This document shows, piece after piece, positions 30,973 to 40,512 of a stretch of DNA of 64,000 nucleotides; within the stretch, counting starts at the first letter, position 1; each line of letters opens with the position of its first letter. The notes beneath the pieces are model-generated. The model did not search any database, had not been told where the DNA came from, and saw only the letters and a program-made list of their open reading frames with translations. This stretch comes from a virus. Position numbers and translations under genes: made by a program. The stretch lies in the IMG/VR virus record IMGVR_UViG_3300021378_000004; one strand, given 5' to 3'.

Positions 30973-31419
30973 ATGATAGACTTGAAAAAAGTCCACGATA
31001 TGTGGCAAAACGATAGCATTATTAACAATGCAAAATTAGACGAAACTTCAAAAAACACACCGCAGTTACATTCAAAATATTTACAAATATGGTCAACCGC
31101 AAAGTTAGAACTAAAACGCTGTGAGTTTGAACAAAAGAAATTACTTAAAGACAAATGGTTATATTATAATGGTAAGATGGATCATGAAACAATAAAAGAA
31201 AAAGGTTGGGTGCCAGATCCATTTGATGGTTTAAAAGTACTCAAAGGCGAAATGGATTATTACTATGATAGTGATCCGGAAATTCAAAAGTCAGAAGAAA
31301 GAATACAATATTGGAAAACTGTAGTTGAAACTTTATCTGAAATTATTGATAATTTAAAGTGGAGACACCAGACAATAGGTAATATTATTAAATGGAAACA
31401 ATTCGAATCAGGAAATTAA
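30973..31419 (+). CDS. uvsY: Recombination mediator UvsY
   Basis: W..D..I, LHSKY, YY.GK, I.W..F..G; precedes uvsW. Confidence 0.85.
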   Translation: MIDLKKVHDMWQNDSIINNAKLDETSKNTPQLHSKYLQIWSTAKLELKRCEFEQKKLLKDKWLYYNGKMDHETIKEKGWVPDPFDGLKVLKGEMDYYYDSDPEIQKSEERIQYWKTVVETLSEIIDNLKWRHQTIGNIIKWKQFESGN

Positions 31420-32864
31420 ATCATTCTATAATACATGTAGAATGCGAAAGAGGCGTAGGTGCAGAACTACGAGAGTTTTTTTCATTCTATGTTCCTGGTT
31501 ATAAATTTATGCCAGCATTTCGTAATCGATTGTGGGATGGAAAAATAAGATTATTTAATCAAATTAATGGACAAATATCTGCAGGACTATTTCCTCAAAT
31601 AGTAACGTTTGCAGAAAAACGTGAATATGAAATTGAAATACTAGAATCAGATTATGGTAATCCTAATGAAGGAAATAAAATAAATCCCGAATTTATGATG
31701 AAGTTTGTAGATGCTTTAAAGTTACCATTTAAAATAAGAGATTATCAGTTTGATGCAGTATGCACTGGAATACAAAGAAAAAATGCTATATTGCTATCAC
31801 CAACTGGTTCTGGTAAATCACTTATAATATATGTTCTAATGCGTTATCTTATATCGTCATTCGAACAAGACGTTCTTGTGATAGTGCCGACTACATCATT
31901 AGTTGAGCAAATGTATAATGATTTTAAAACTTATGGTTATGACGTTGAAAAATATTGTCATAGAATATATTCAGGTAAAGATAAAAATACAACTAAGAGA
32001 ATCATAATAAGCACATGGCAATCAATATATAGATTTCAACCAGATTGGTTTAGTAGATTTGGAACAGTATTTGGAGATGAGTGTCATGGATTTAAATCTA
32101 AATCGCTTACTACTATAATGAATAAATGCGTAGAAGCTGAATATAGATTTGGAACAACCGGTACCTTAGACGGAGCGCTAACGCATGAATTAGTATTGCA
32201 AGGATTATTTGGTAAAGTATATAGAGTTACTAGTACACGCGAATTACAAGATAATGACACACTTGCAAAGCTTTCTATAAGAAGAATAGTATTAGATCAT
32301 AGTGAAGAAATTAAAAAGAATTTTGGCAAAAAAACATATCAAGAAGAAATTGAATTTATAGTTACTAATATTAAACGAAATACTTTTATAAAAAACTTAA
32401 CTTTAGATTTAAAAGGCAATACATTAGTTTTATATAACTATGTAGAAAAACATGGGAAGCCTCTTTACAATATGATTAAAGATGAAGCCGCAGAAAATCG
32501 CAAGATTTTTTTTGTATCCGGAGAAACTGCAGCTACAGATCGAGAAGCTATAAGAGGAATAGTAGAAAAACAAAAAAATTCTATTACAGTTGCATCACTT
32601 GGTACATTTAGTACGGGTATAAATATTAGGAACCTACATAATATCGTCTTTGCATCTCCATCTAAATCACAAATAAGAGTTTTACAAAGTATAGGAAGAG
32701 GTTTAAGAAAAACAGATGATGGAAGAAGTACCACACTTTACGACATCATTGATGACATAGTTTGGAAGTCTCGAAAAAACTTTGGCATATTACATGCTGA
32801 CGAAAGACTTAGAATTTACGGAAGAGAAAAATTTAACCACAAGACTTATAGAGTGAATTTATGA
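31392..32864 (+). CDS. uvsW: SF2 helicase UvsW
   Basis: SPTGSGKS, DECH, GTTGT, QSIGR.LR. Confidence 0.95.
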   Translation: METIRIRKLNHSIIHVECERGVGAELREFFSFYVPGYKFMPAFRNRLWDGKIRLFNQINGQISAGLFPQIVTFAEKREYEIEILESDYGNPNEGNKINPEFMMKFVDALKLPFKIRDYQFDAVCTGIQRKNAILLSPTGSGKSLIIYVLMRYLISSFEQDVLVIVPTTSLVEQMYNDFKTYGYDVEKYCHRIYSGKDKNTTKRIIISTWQSIYRFQPDWFSRFGTVFGDECHGFKSKSLTTIMNKCVEAEYRFGTTGTLDGALTHELVLQGLFGKVYRVTSTRELQDNDTLAKLSIRRIVLDHSEEIKKNFGKKTYQEEIEFIVTNIKRNTFIKNLTLDLKGNTLVLYNYVEKHGKPLYNMIKDEAAENRKIFFVSGETAATDREAIRGIVEKQKNSITVASLGTFSTGINIRNLHNIVFASPSKSQIRVLQSIGRGLRKTDDGRSTTLYDIIDDIVWKSRKNFGILHADERLRIYGREKFNHKTYRVNL

Positions 32865-33352
32865 ATATAAAACAATTTAAGTTAACAAATAATGAAGAGA
32901 TAATATGTGAAGTTGTGGAATGGAATACTGGCGATGACACTGGTGATGTTCTAGTAAAAAAAGCTTTTAGAGTTATAACTGTTGAAGATTACCAAAGAGG
33001 TTGGAGGTTCTTTGCTTTTAGACCTTGGATGTCTTTTCAAGATGATCCATCTTCAATGCAAACAATTAATTCATCACATATAATAGTTACTACCAATCCA
33101 TCAAAAAATATATTAAAACATTATAAAACATGTTTAACTAGTGTAGCTAAAGATTTAAAATCAAATAAATCAAGTGGAAAGAAAATATACGCTAACTTTG
33201 ATGAAATACAAAATGAAATAAGAGATTTAACTGATGAAGAGATGGATGACTTTTTAGAAAATAAGTACGGTGCGGCTGAAGAAGATAGCCAAGTTCCAGA
33301 TTCAAGTGATGGCAAGATTATTAAATTCAAACCCCGTGATACTTTTCATTAA
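32861..33352 (+). CDS. Conserved hypothetical protein (possible Sm-like fold)
   Basis: KLTNNEEIIC and F.PW motifs; ATGA overlap with uvsW. Confidence 0.65.
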   Translation: MNIKQFKLTNNEEIICEVVEWNTGDDTGDVLVKKAFRVITVEDYQRGWRFFAFRPWMSFQDDPSSMQTINSSHIIVTTNPSKNILKHYKTCLTSVAKDLKSNKSSGKKIYANFDEIQNEIRDLTDEEMDDFLENKYGAAEEDSQVPDSSDGKIIKFKPRDTFH

Positions 33353-33383
33353 AGTATATCCCCTTCTCCCCGTATACTCTTTT

Positions 33384-33413
33384 ATTATACCATACTTTTT
33401 AACAAATGTACAC
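33384..33413 (-). promoter_or_regulatory. Early-type promoter on the minus strand (antisense to late/uvsW region)
   Basis: Minus strand reads GTGTAC-N18-TATAAT with TGG before -10, same as the + strand copies. Confidence 0.7.
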
Positions 33414-33446
33414 CATTATATTTTCAGCTAAGAGAGAAATTTAACA

Positions 33447-33476
33447 GTGTACTTTTAATAAAAACTGGTGTATAAT
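33447..33476 (+). promoter_or_regulatory. Early/sigma70-type promoter for gp55
   Basis: GTGTAC-N18-TATAAT (cf. T4 early -35 GTTTAC). Confidence 0.8.
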
Positions 33477-33502
33477 AATACTATAAAATAAAGGTTTAAA
33501 CA

Positions 33503-34087
33503 ATGGCACGTAAAAAAAGTATACATTATGTCAACAACTCTGATTTTAGTACAGCTGTAGTTGAATATGTTAAAACAGTAGATCATGCTAGAAAAACAGA
33601 TATCAACATTCCAACAGTACCAGATTATGTAGCTCAATGCTTTCTTAAAATAGCAGAAGGACTGTCTCATAAAGGAAACTTTATAAGGTATACATACAGA
33701 GAAGAAATGGTAATGGACGCAGTTGAAAATTGTTTAAAGGCAATAAGTAATTACAATTTAGAAGCAGCTACTAGAACTGGTAAACCAAATGCATTTGCAT
33801 ATTTTACACAGATAACATGGTATGCTTTTTTAAGAAGAATAGCAAAAGAAAAAAAACAACAAGAAATTAAAATGAAATATTTAACTAAATCTGGTTTAGA
33901 TAGTTTTGTTGATGTTGGTACCGAAGAAGTAGCAGCTTCGACTGCATTACATTTTGTAGATACATTAAAAGATAGAATTGCAAGAGTACGTAATACAGAC
34001 AGCGAAGTAAAAGAAATAGTTAAAAAAGAAAAAAAGAAACGTAAATCAAAATTAGCAGATTCTGATTTAAGTGAATTTATGCAATGA
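33503..34087 (+). CDS. gp55: Late sigma factor gp55
   Basis: HYVNN, F..YTYREEMV.DA.EN, NAFAYFTQI...AFLRRI.KEKKQ. Confidence 0.95.
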   Translation: MARKKSIHYVNNSDFSTAVVEYVKTVDHARKTDINIPTVPDYVAQCFLKIAEGLSHKGNFIRYTYREEMVMDAVENCLKAISNYNLEAATRTGKPNAFAYFTQITWYAFLRRIAKEKKQQEIKMKYLTKSGLDSFVDVGTEEVAASTALHFVDTLKDRIARVRNTDSEVKEIVKKEKKKRKSKLADSDLSEFMQ

Positions 34088-34506
34088 AGGTAGGCATTAC
34101 AGCATCTACATTTGATTTATTACACGCAGGTCATGTTGAAATGCTAAGAGAAGCAAAAGAACAATGTGATTATTTAATTTGTGCTTTACAGATTGATCCT
34201 TCAATCGACAGAGCAGAAAAAAATAAACCTGTTCAAAGTATAGTTGAAAGATATACACAACTAGCAGCTGTTAAGTTTGTAAATGAAGTTATTCCATATA
34301 TGTATGAATGCGATCTTGTTGATATTTTATCAATGAGAAGTATTGATGTACGTATATTAGGTGAAGAATATAGAGAAAAAGACTTTACTGGTAGAGATAT
34401 TTGTAAAGCACGTGATATAGAATTGTACTTTAATAAACGAGAACATAGATTTAGTACAAGTGATTTAAGAAAGAGAATAACAAATGAAAATAGCAATATT
34501 ATGTGA
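34084..34506 (+). CDS. Cytidylyltransferase (TagD/glycerol-3-phosphate cytidylyltransferase-like)
   Basis: TFDLLHAGH (HxGH), R...FSTS motif. Confidence 0.85.
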   Translation: MKVGITASTFDLLHAGHVEMLREAKEQCDYLICALQIDPSIDRAEKNKPVQSIVERYTQLAAVKFVNEVIPYMYECDLVDILSMRSIDVRILGEEYREKDFTGRDICKARDIELYFNKREHRFSTSDLRKRITNENSNIM

Positions 34507-35542
34507 CACCCATTGCGGTATTAGAAACTCTTCAGAAGTTTTTTTAGATAACGCAGAAGATTTTTACACAAATATATTTTTTCCGGAATGCCAAAAGCAA
34601 GGAATAACTCAAATATTACACCTAGGTGATTATTACGATCATCGTAAGTTTGTAAATTTTAAAGCGCTTAATCAAAATCGTAGAGTATTCTTAGACCAAT
34701 TAAGAAAAAATAATATGACGATGGATATTATACCTGGCAACCATGACACATATTACAAAAATACAAATGAACTTAATTCATTAAAAGAATGTTTAGGACA
34801 TTACATGAATGAAATTCATATTGTTATGGAACCAACAGTTATGCAATACGGTTCTTTAAGTATGGGTTTACTGCCGTGGATATGCGCAGATAATTACGAT
34901 CAATCTATGAACTTTATAAGAGACTGTAAAGCTGATTGGCTAGGCTCACATCTTGAATTATCTAACTTTGAAATTGGCAGAGGAATAATGGCGCACAGTG
35001 GTATGGACCCTAAGCTATTTCAAAAGTTTGAACAAGTTTTATCAGGTCATTATCATACAGCATCCAGAAGAGATAATATTTGGTACTTAGGTAATCCTAT
35101 GGAGTTCTTTTGGTCAGATGCACATGATCCTAAGTATTTTCATATACTTGATACTGAAACAAGGCAAATAGAAAAAATAAAAAATACTTACACTTTATTT
35201 GAAAAAATTGTGTACAATGACAAAGAAATGGATTATAATAACTATAATAAAAACTTATCTAAAAAGTTTGTTAAAGTTGTTGTGGCTGAAAAGACAGATC
35301 CATTTACGTTTGATAGGTTTATTGATAATATTCAAAACCAAGATATTTATGAATTAAAGATAGCTGAAAACTTTAATGAATTTATGGGTGATAATGTTGA
35401 AGATGACAATATAAGTTTTGAAGATACTACTGAAGTTGTTGACACTTACATTGAAGCAGTGGATACGGATTTAGATAAAAATAAAATTAAGGTCCAAATG
35501 AGAGAATTAATGACAGAAGCACAGGCACTTGAAATAGCATGA
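34484..35542 (+). CDS. gp47: Recombination endonuclease gp47 (Mre11-like)
   Basis: DTH.G, HLGD.YD, PGNHD, SGHYH. Confidence 0.95.
   Translation: MKIAILCDTHCGIRNSSEVFLDNAEDFYTNIFFPECQKQGITQILHLGDYYDHRKFVNFKALNQNRRVFLDQLRKNNMTMDIIPGNHDTYYKNTNELNSLKECLGHYMNEIHIVMEPTVMQYGSLSMGLLPWICADNYDQSMNFIRDCKADWLGSHLELSNFEIGRGIMAHSGMDPKLFQKFEQVLSGHYHTASRRDNIWYLGNPMEFFWSDAHDPKYFHILDTETRQIEKIKNTYTLFEKIVYNDKEMDYNNYNKNLSKKFVKVVVAEKTDPFTFDRFIDNIQNQDIYELKIAENFNEFMGDNVEDDNISFEDTTEVVDTYIEAVDTDLDKNKIKVQMRELMTEAQALEIA
35210..35239 (+). promoter_or_regulatory. Early-type promoter internal to gp47 (could drive gp46)
   Basis: GTGTAC-N18-TATAAT. Confidence 0.55.
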
Positions 35543-37239
35543 TAATTTTTAAATCTATTAAGTATAAAAACTTTTTATCTTCTGGTAATTACTTTACAGA
35601 AATACCTTTAGATAAAAACAAATCTACTCTTGTAGTTGGCCAAAATGGTGCAGGTAAATCTACAATGCTTGATGCCATATCATTTGCATTATTTGGTAAA
35701 CCACATCGTAGAATAAGTAAAAGCCAACTTGTTAATTCTATTAATCAAAAACAAGCAATGGTAGAAATAGAATTTACAGTAGGGAAAGCACAATTTAAAA
35801 TTGTAAGAGGCATAAAGCCAAATACATTTGAAATATGGAAAGATGGTAATATGATTAACCAATCTTCCCATTCATTAGAATACCAAAAGATCCTCGAACA
35901 AAACATTCTGAAACTTAATCATAAAAGTTTTCACCAAGTAGTTGTACTGGGTTCCTCCTCTTTTATCCCTTTTATGCAACTTAATGCTGGTAATCGTAGG
36001 AATGTTATAGAGGATCTTTTGGATATTAATATTTTTTCTAAGATGAATATAATATTACGAGAAAGAAATTCTGTATTAAAAGAAAATATTAATCAAATAA
36101 ACAATGATACGAATATAATTAAAAGTAAAATAGAACAACAATCAAAATATATTCGTGACATTGCTGCTTTAACTCAAGAAAATAAAAACAAATATGAAAA
36201 ACAAATTAAAATATCTCGAGCAAGAATTAATGAACTTCAAAATGAAAATAATCAATTAAGTCAAGAACTAGAAGCAAGCACTGCTAATGATGAATTAAAA
36301 GAATTACAAACTAGAAAAAATAAAATCATTAGTGAAATAGCAACTATAAAACAAGAAATGAAAGCAATTGCAAAGCGTGGTATGTTTTTAGAAAAAAATG
36401 ATGAATGTCCAACGTGTGATCAACCAATAGCAAATAAGGATAAACTTTTACTTGACACTAAAACAGAAGCAAAGCAAGTACAATCTTCTTTAACTACAGT
36501 AGAAACTAATAGCACTTCTGTTGATACTGAAATTTCTTTATTAGAAGCAATAATTACAAAGATAAGAGAAAAAACTAATAATATTAACGCTAATAATAGA
36601 GAAATAGTTTCATTAAACCAAAGTAACGACGAATTACAAAAGTATTTAGAAAGTGAAGTATCTGCTGATTTAACTGGTGCTAGAGAAGATTTACAACAAA
36701 TGACTAATGATAAAGAAAGTTTATTTGAAGAAAAACTCAAGCTCAACGAACAATTTGGTTATAATGGCATTATCGCTGAAATGTTAAGAGATACTGGTAT
36801 TAAAACAAAAATTATAAAACAGTATCTTCCAACAATTAATAAACTTGTTAATCAATATCTCCAAACTCTGGACTTCTTTGTATCTTTTAACTTAGATGAA
36901 AATTTTAATGAAACAATAAGATCAAGACATAGAGATGATTTTACTTATGATTCATTCAGTGAAGGTGAAAAGCAAAGAATAGATTTATCATTATTATTTA
37001 CGTGGAGACAAATTGCTAAAATGAAAAACTCAGTAGCAACTAACCTATTAGTTCTTGACGAAACATTTGATTCTTCGCTAGATCATGACGGTATTGAAAA
37101 CTTACTTAAAATATTACATACATTAGATGCTGATAGTAATACTTTTATTATATCGCACAAAGGAGATATACTTGATGGTAAGTTTGAATCCAAAATTGAG
37201 TTTATAAAAGATCGAAATTTTTCTAAGATAAAAAATTAA
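35539..37239 (+). CDS. gp46: Recombination ATPase gp46 (Rad50-like)
   Basis: GQNGAGKS, CPTC hook, FSEGEK, LDETFDSSLD. Confidence 0.95.
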   Translation: MIIFKSIKYKNFLSSGNYFTEIPLDKNKSTLVVGQNGAGKSTMLDAISFALFGKPHRRISKSQLVNSINQKQAMVEIEFTVGKAQFKIVRGIKPNTFEIWKDGNMINQSSHSLEYQKILEQNILKLNHKSFHQVVVLGSSSFIPFMQLNAGNRRNVIEDLLDINIFSKMNIILRERNSVLKENINQINNDTNIIKSKIEQQSKYIRDIAALTQENKNKYEKQIKISRARINELQNENNQLSQELEASTANDELKELQTRKNKIISEIATIKQEMKAIAKRGMFLEKNDECPTCDQPIANKDKLLLDTKTEAKQVQSSLTTVETNSTSVDTEISLLEAIITKIREKTNNINANNREIVSLNQSNDELQKYLESEVSADLTGAREDLQQMTNDKESLFEEKLKLNEQFGYNGIIAEMLRDTGIKTKIIKQYLPTINKLVNQYLQTLDFFVSFNLDENFNETIRSRHRDDFTYDSFSEGEKQRIDLSLLFTWRQIAKMKNSVATNLLVLDETFDSSLDHDGIENLLKILHTLDADSNTFIISHKGDILDGKFESKIEFIKDRNFSKIKN

Positions 37240-37251
37240 ATGAAATTAACT

Positions 37252-37281
37252 GTGTACATTTACATAAAACTATGGTATAAT
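37252..37281 (+). promoter_or_regulatory. Early-type promoter for gp45
   Basis: GTGTAC-N18-TATAAT. Confidence 0.8.
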
Positions 37282-37315
37282 ACTATTATAAAATCAAAAA
37301 GGAAGGTTATTAATT

Positions 37316-37993
37316 ATGGAATTAAGTGAAAGCACTTTACAAGTTTTAAGAAACTTTTCAGGTATTAATCAAAATTTATTGATTAAATCTGGATCGAATA
37401 TTAAAACAATAAGTGAAGCAAGGAACGTGGTGGCAACTGCCGATGTCACTGAAAGTTTTGAAAAAGATTTCGGCATATACGATTTAAATGAATTTATTGG
37501 AGTAATGGGTTTAGTCGATGCTCCATCATTAAAATTTGATGAAGACTTTGTTACTGTTTCAGATTCATCGGGTAGATCTAAAGTAAAATATTTCTATGCT
37601 GCTGAAGAAACATTAACAACACCCACTAAAGACGTTACTATGCCTGAGGCTGATGTTAAGTTTGTACTAGATAATGATACACTTAACAAACTAAAAAAAG
37701 CTGCATCAACATTAGGTCATAGTGAAGTATCAATAAAAGCAAAAGATGGCATATTAAGTTTGTCAGTTGTTGAAAACCAAAATGCAACATCAAATGCTTT
37801 TTCTATTGATATAGACGGCGAGTTTAAACAGGACGCTGTTTTTAACTTTATTATAAGTATTTCTAATCTTAAAATCCTACCAGGTGATTATGAAGTAGAA
37901 ATATCTTCTAAACTAATAACGCAATTCAAAAATAAAGAAGTACCTCTAAGGTATTGGATTGCACTTGAAAAAACATCAACTTACGGAGTGTGA
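37316..37993 (+). CDS. gp45: Sliding clamp gp45
   Basis: M.LS..T...L.NFS.IN, FGIYDLNEF, Y.IALE. Confidence 0.93.
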   Translation: MELSESTLQVLRNFSGINQNLLIKSGSNIKTISEARNVVATADVTESFEKDFGIYDLNEFIGVMGLVDAPSLKFDEDFVTVSDSSGRSKVKYFYAAEETLTTPTKDVTMPEADVKFVLDNDTLNKLKKAASTLGHSEVSIKAKDGILSLSVVENQNATSNAFSIDIDGEFKQDAVFNFIISISNLKILPGDYEVEISSKLITQFKNKEVPLRYWIALEKTSTYGV

Positions 37994-37994
37994 C

Positions 37995-38234
37995 ATGTCA
38001 GAAAACTTAACTCAACTAAAAGACCTTGCTAATAAAGCAAGTAGAAGTACTGTAGCAGTAATAGATGCTGTTACTCAAAGAGGCGGATTCAAAGGTGAAG
38101 AGCTTTCTACTATTGGTAGCTTAAGAGACCAATGTATTCAAATCATTCAAATTAGTGAAGCTCTTCAGCAAGAAGACGCTATGAGTGATAGCAGCCCTGC
38201 ACCGGAACCTGCAAATGATAAGCCAAAGAAATAA
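37995..38234 (+). CDS. Hypothetical protein
   Basis: ATG at 37995 after GGAG; IDA.TQRGGFKGEEL motif. Confidence 0.65.
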   Translation: MSENLTQLKDLANKASRSTVAVIDAVTQRGGFKGEELSTIGSLRDQCIQIIQISEALQQEDAMSDSSPAPEPANDKPKK

Positions 38235-39172
38235 TGAGTAATGAATTTCTATGGGTTGAAAAGTATAGGCCTAAGATTGTATCAGAAACTATCTTACCTG
38301 AATCTTTAAAACTAACCTTCCAAAAGATAGTCGACGGTGGTGAACTTCCTAATATGTTGTTCACTGGTACTGCCGGCTTAGGTAAGACCACAGTCGCCCG
38401 AGCTCTATGTAACGAGCTCGGTTGCGATTTTATTCTTATCAACGGTTCTGAAGAAGGTAATATTGATACGTTAAGAACTAAGATAAAACAATTTGCATCA
38501 TCTGTTTCATTACAAGGTGGTTATAAAGTTGTTATATTAGATGAAGCTGACTATCTCAATCCACAATCTACACAACCAGCGTTACGCGGTTTTATAGAAG
38601 AGTTTTCCAATAACTGCAGATTTATTCTTACTTGTAATTTTAAAAACAGAATTATCGAGCCACTACATTCACGATGCGGTGTATATGAATTTAATACATC
38701 CAAAAAATCTATGATTGAATTATGTGAATCCTTTATGGCTAGATGTAAAACTATTTTAGATAATGAAAAAATTGAATATGACGATAAGCCTTTGGCTGAA
38801 CTTATAATTAAATTTGCACCAGATTGGCGTAGAGTATTAAATGAACTTCAAAGATATTCTATTAATGGCCGTATTGATTCAGGCATTGTTGCTAATTTAC
38901 AAGATAAAAACTTCGATGATCTATTCTCTCATTTAAAAAATAAAAATTTCAAAAGTATGCGATCTTGGGTAGTAAACAATATAGATACAGATGCAAGCGC
39001 TATTTTTAGAGCTATTTACGACAGAATGTCAGATAAAGTTGCGCCACAATCAATACCACAGCTCGTGCTTTTGCTTGCAGACTATCAATATAAAAATGCA
39101 TTTGTTGCTGACCACGAACTCAATGTGGTAGCATGTTTAACGGAGGTAATGTCAGATGTACAATTCACTTAA
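38234..39172 (+). CDS. gp44: Clamp loader large subunit gp44
   Basis: LWVEKYRP, G.GKTT, LDEAD, SRC. Confidence 0.95.
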   Translation: MSNEFLWVEKYRPKIVSETILPESLKLTFQKIVDGGELPNMLFTGTAGLGKTTVARALCNELGCDFILINGSEEGNIDTLRTKIKQFASSVSLQGGYKVVILDEADYLNPQSTQPALRGFIEEFSNNCRFILTCNFKNRIIEPLHSRCGVYEFNTSKKSMIELCESFMARCKTILDNEKIEYDDKPLAELIIKFAPDWRRVLNELQRYSINGRIDSGIVANLQDKNFDDLFSHLKNKNFKSMRSWVVNNIDTDASAIFRAIYDRMSDKVAPQSIPQLVLLLADYQYKNAFVADHELNVVACLTEVMSDVQFT

Positions 39173-39458
39173 CTTAACGCTATATACTCAAGATGATTGC
39201 AACTATTGTCATGTTTTAAAAAAGAAACTTGCTGAATGGGATTTTAAATGGAGAGAAGTAAATGTAAGTCATGACATGTTTGCTAAAGAATTTTTAAAAG
39301 AACATGGTCATAGAACAGTACCTCAACTTTATTTAGACAACACTCATTTAAATAAATTTCCAACTTTAGAACTTACCAAAAAACATATAGAACAAGAAAT
39401 TGATTATGATAATTATGTTGGTGGCGTAGAAAGCTGGGCTCCTCTTAAAAGTGCATAG
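39156..39458 (+). CDS. Glutaredoxin
   Basis: CNYC active site and RTVPQ cis-Pro motif. Confidence 0.85.
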   Translation: MYNSLNLTLYTQDDCNYCHVLKKKLAEWDFKWREVNVSHDMFAKEFLKEHGHRTVPQLYLDNTHLNKFPTLELTKKHIEQEIDYDNYVGGVESWAPLKSA

Positions 39459-39466
39459 GACATATA

Positions 39467-39844
39467 ATGAATCCTTTTGAATATTCGAATGCTATAAATT
39501 ACACAAAAAAAGATATCATGGTTGACGATGTTGCTGAAAAAGCATATTCGTCATACATGATTAACAGACAGCTATCTTACTTTCCAGATACAGTATTAGC
39601 TGCAAACGAGATGAATCGTAATCATCACATAGATAACCGCCTTCAATTTGATTTTTTTATAAATATAATAAGAAAACGTAAAAGGTTTTCTAAATGGTTC
39701 AAACCTGAACAAATTAGTGACTTGGATGTGGTTAAAAAATATTATGGCTATAGTAACGAAAAAGCCCGACAGATTTTAACTCTCCTCACCACTGACAATA
39801 TAAACGAATTGAAAAATAAGGTGGCAAAAGGTGGAAGAAAATAA
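39467..39844 (+). CDS. gp62: Clamp loader small subunit gp62
   Basis: INR.LS.F.DT...ANEMN, RKRFSKW, YYGYS..KA. Confidence 0.9.
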   Translation: MNPFEYSNAINYTKKDIMVDDVAEKAYSSYMINRQLSYFPDTVLAANEMNRNHHIDNRLQFDFFINIIRKRKRFSKWFKPEQISDLDVVKKYYGYSNEKARQILTLLTTDNINELKNKVAKGGRK

Positions 39845-40247
39845 CATTGTAGAATGGAACCCAGCAAATATGCTCGAGGTTACATTAAACGAACCAGACG
39901 ATTTTCTTAAAATAAGAGAGACACTTACTCGAATAGGCGTGGCATCACGTAAAGATAATAAGCTTTATCAGTCTTGTCATATACTACATAAACAAGGACG
40001 ATATTTTATCGTGCATTTTAAAGAGCTCTTTTTATTAGACGGAAAAAAATCTAATCTTGAAGAAAATGATGTTGGACGTAGAAATACTATAGTAACACTG
40101 ATGAGCGATTGGGGATTATTAACTGTAGAAAATAAAGAACAGTTACAACCCATTACTCCATTAAGACAAATCAAAATAATTTCATTTAAAGATAAAGATA
40201 AATGGGAATTATGTCCAAAATATAATATTGGTAATGGAACAAAATAA
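39831..40247 (+). CDS. regA: Translational repressor RegA
   Basis: DDFLKIRETLTRIG, LYQSCHILHKQG.Y.IVHFKELF. Confidence 0.96.
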   Translation: MEENNIVEWNPANMLEVTLNEPDDFLKIRETLTRIGVASRKDNKLYQSCHILHKQGRYFIVHFKELFLLDGKKSNLEENDVGRRNTIVTLMSDWGLLTVENKEQLQPITPLRQIKIISFKDKDKWELCPKYNIGNGTK

Positions 40248-40431
40248 AATCAAAGAAGCATATAGAATATTCTTTTTAGTAAAAGGTCATTTAGACGTCA
40301 CTGAAGAAACTGCTTTGGCTTGTTACAATAATTACTTTAAGAGAATATGGTACAATCAAGAAGCTTGGGTGAGAGAAGAAAAATTTCATGCTGCTTATGA
40401 AAAAAAATTTGGATCTACTGGTTTAAATTGA
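40234..40431 (+). CDS. Hypothetical protein
   Basis: ORF overlapping the regA end. Confidence 0.55.
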   Translation: MEQNKIKEAYRIFFLVKGHLDVTEETALACYNNYFKRIWYNQEAWVREEKFHAAYEKKFGSTGLN

Positions 40432-40456
40432 GAAAGTAGATACTATATATATTATA

Positions 40457-40512
40457 GAGGCGCCGATAATCGGGTCTCGTTTAACCTTGCTAGTCAATAG
40501 GAGGCAATTATG
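40457..40512 (+). promoter_or_regulatory. ROSE-like RNA thermometer in the hsp20 5' UTR
   Basis: Hairpin 1 GAGGC-g-CCGA/UAA/UCGG-GUCUC; hairpin 2 CCUUGCUA/GUCAA/UAGGAGG with the UUGCU anti-SD and a bulged G. Confidence 0.75.

Noticed and set aside
40421-40450. RpoH (sigma32) promoter for hsp20
   Set aside because: GTTT-N17-ACTATAT is only a partial match and could equally be a late-promoter variant; not supportable
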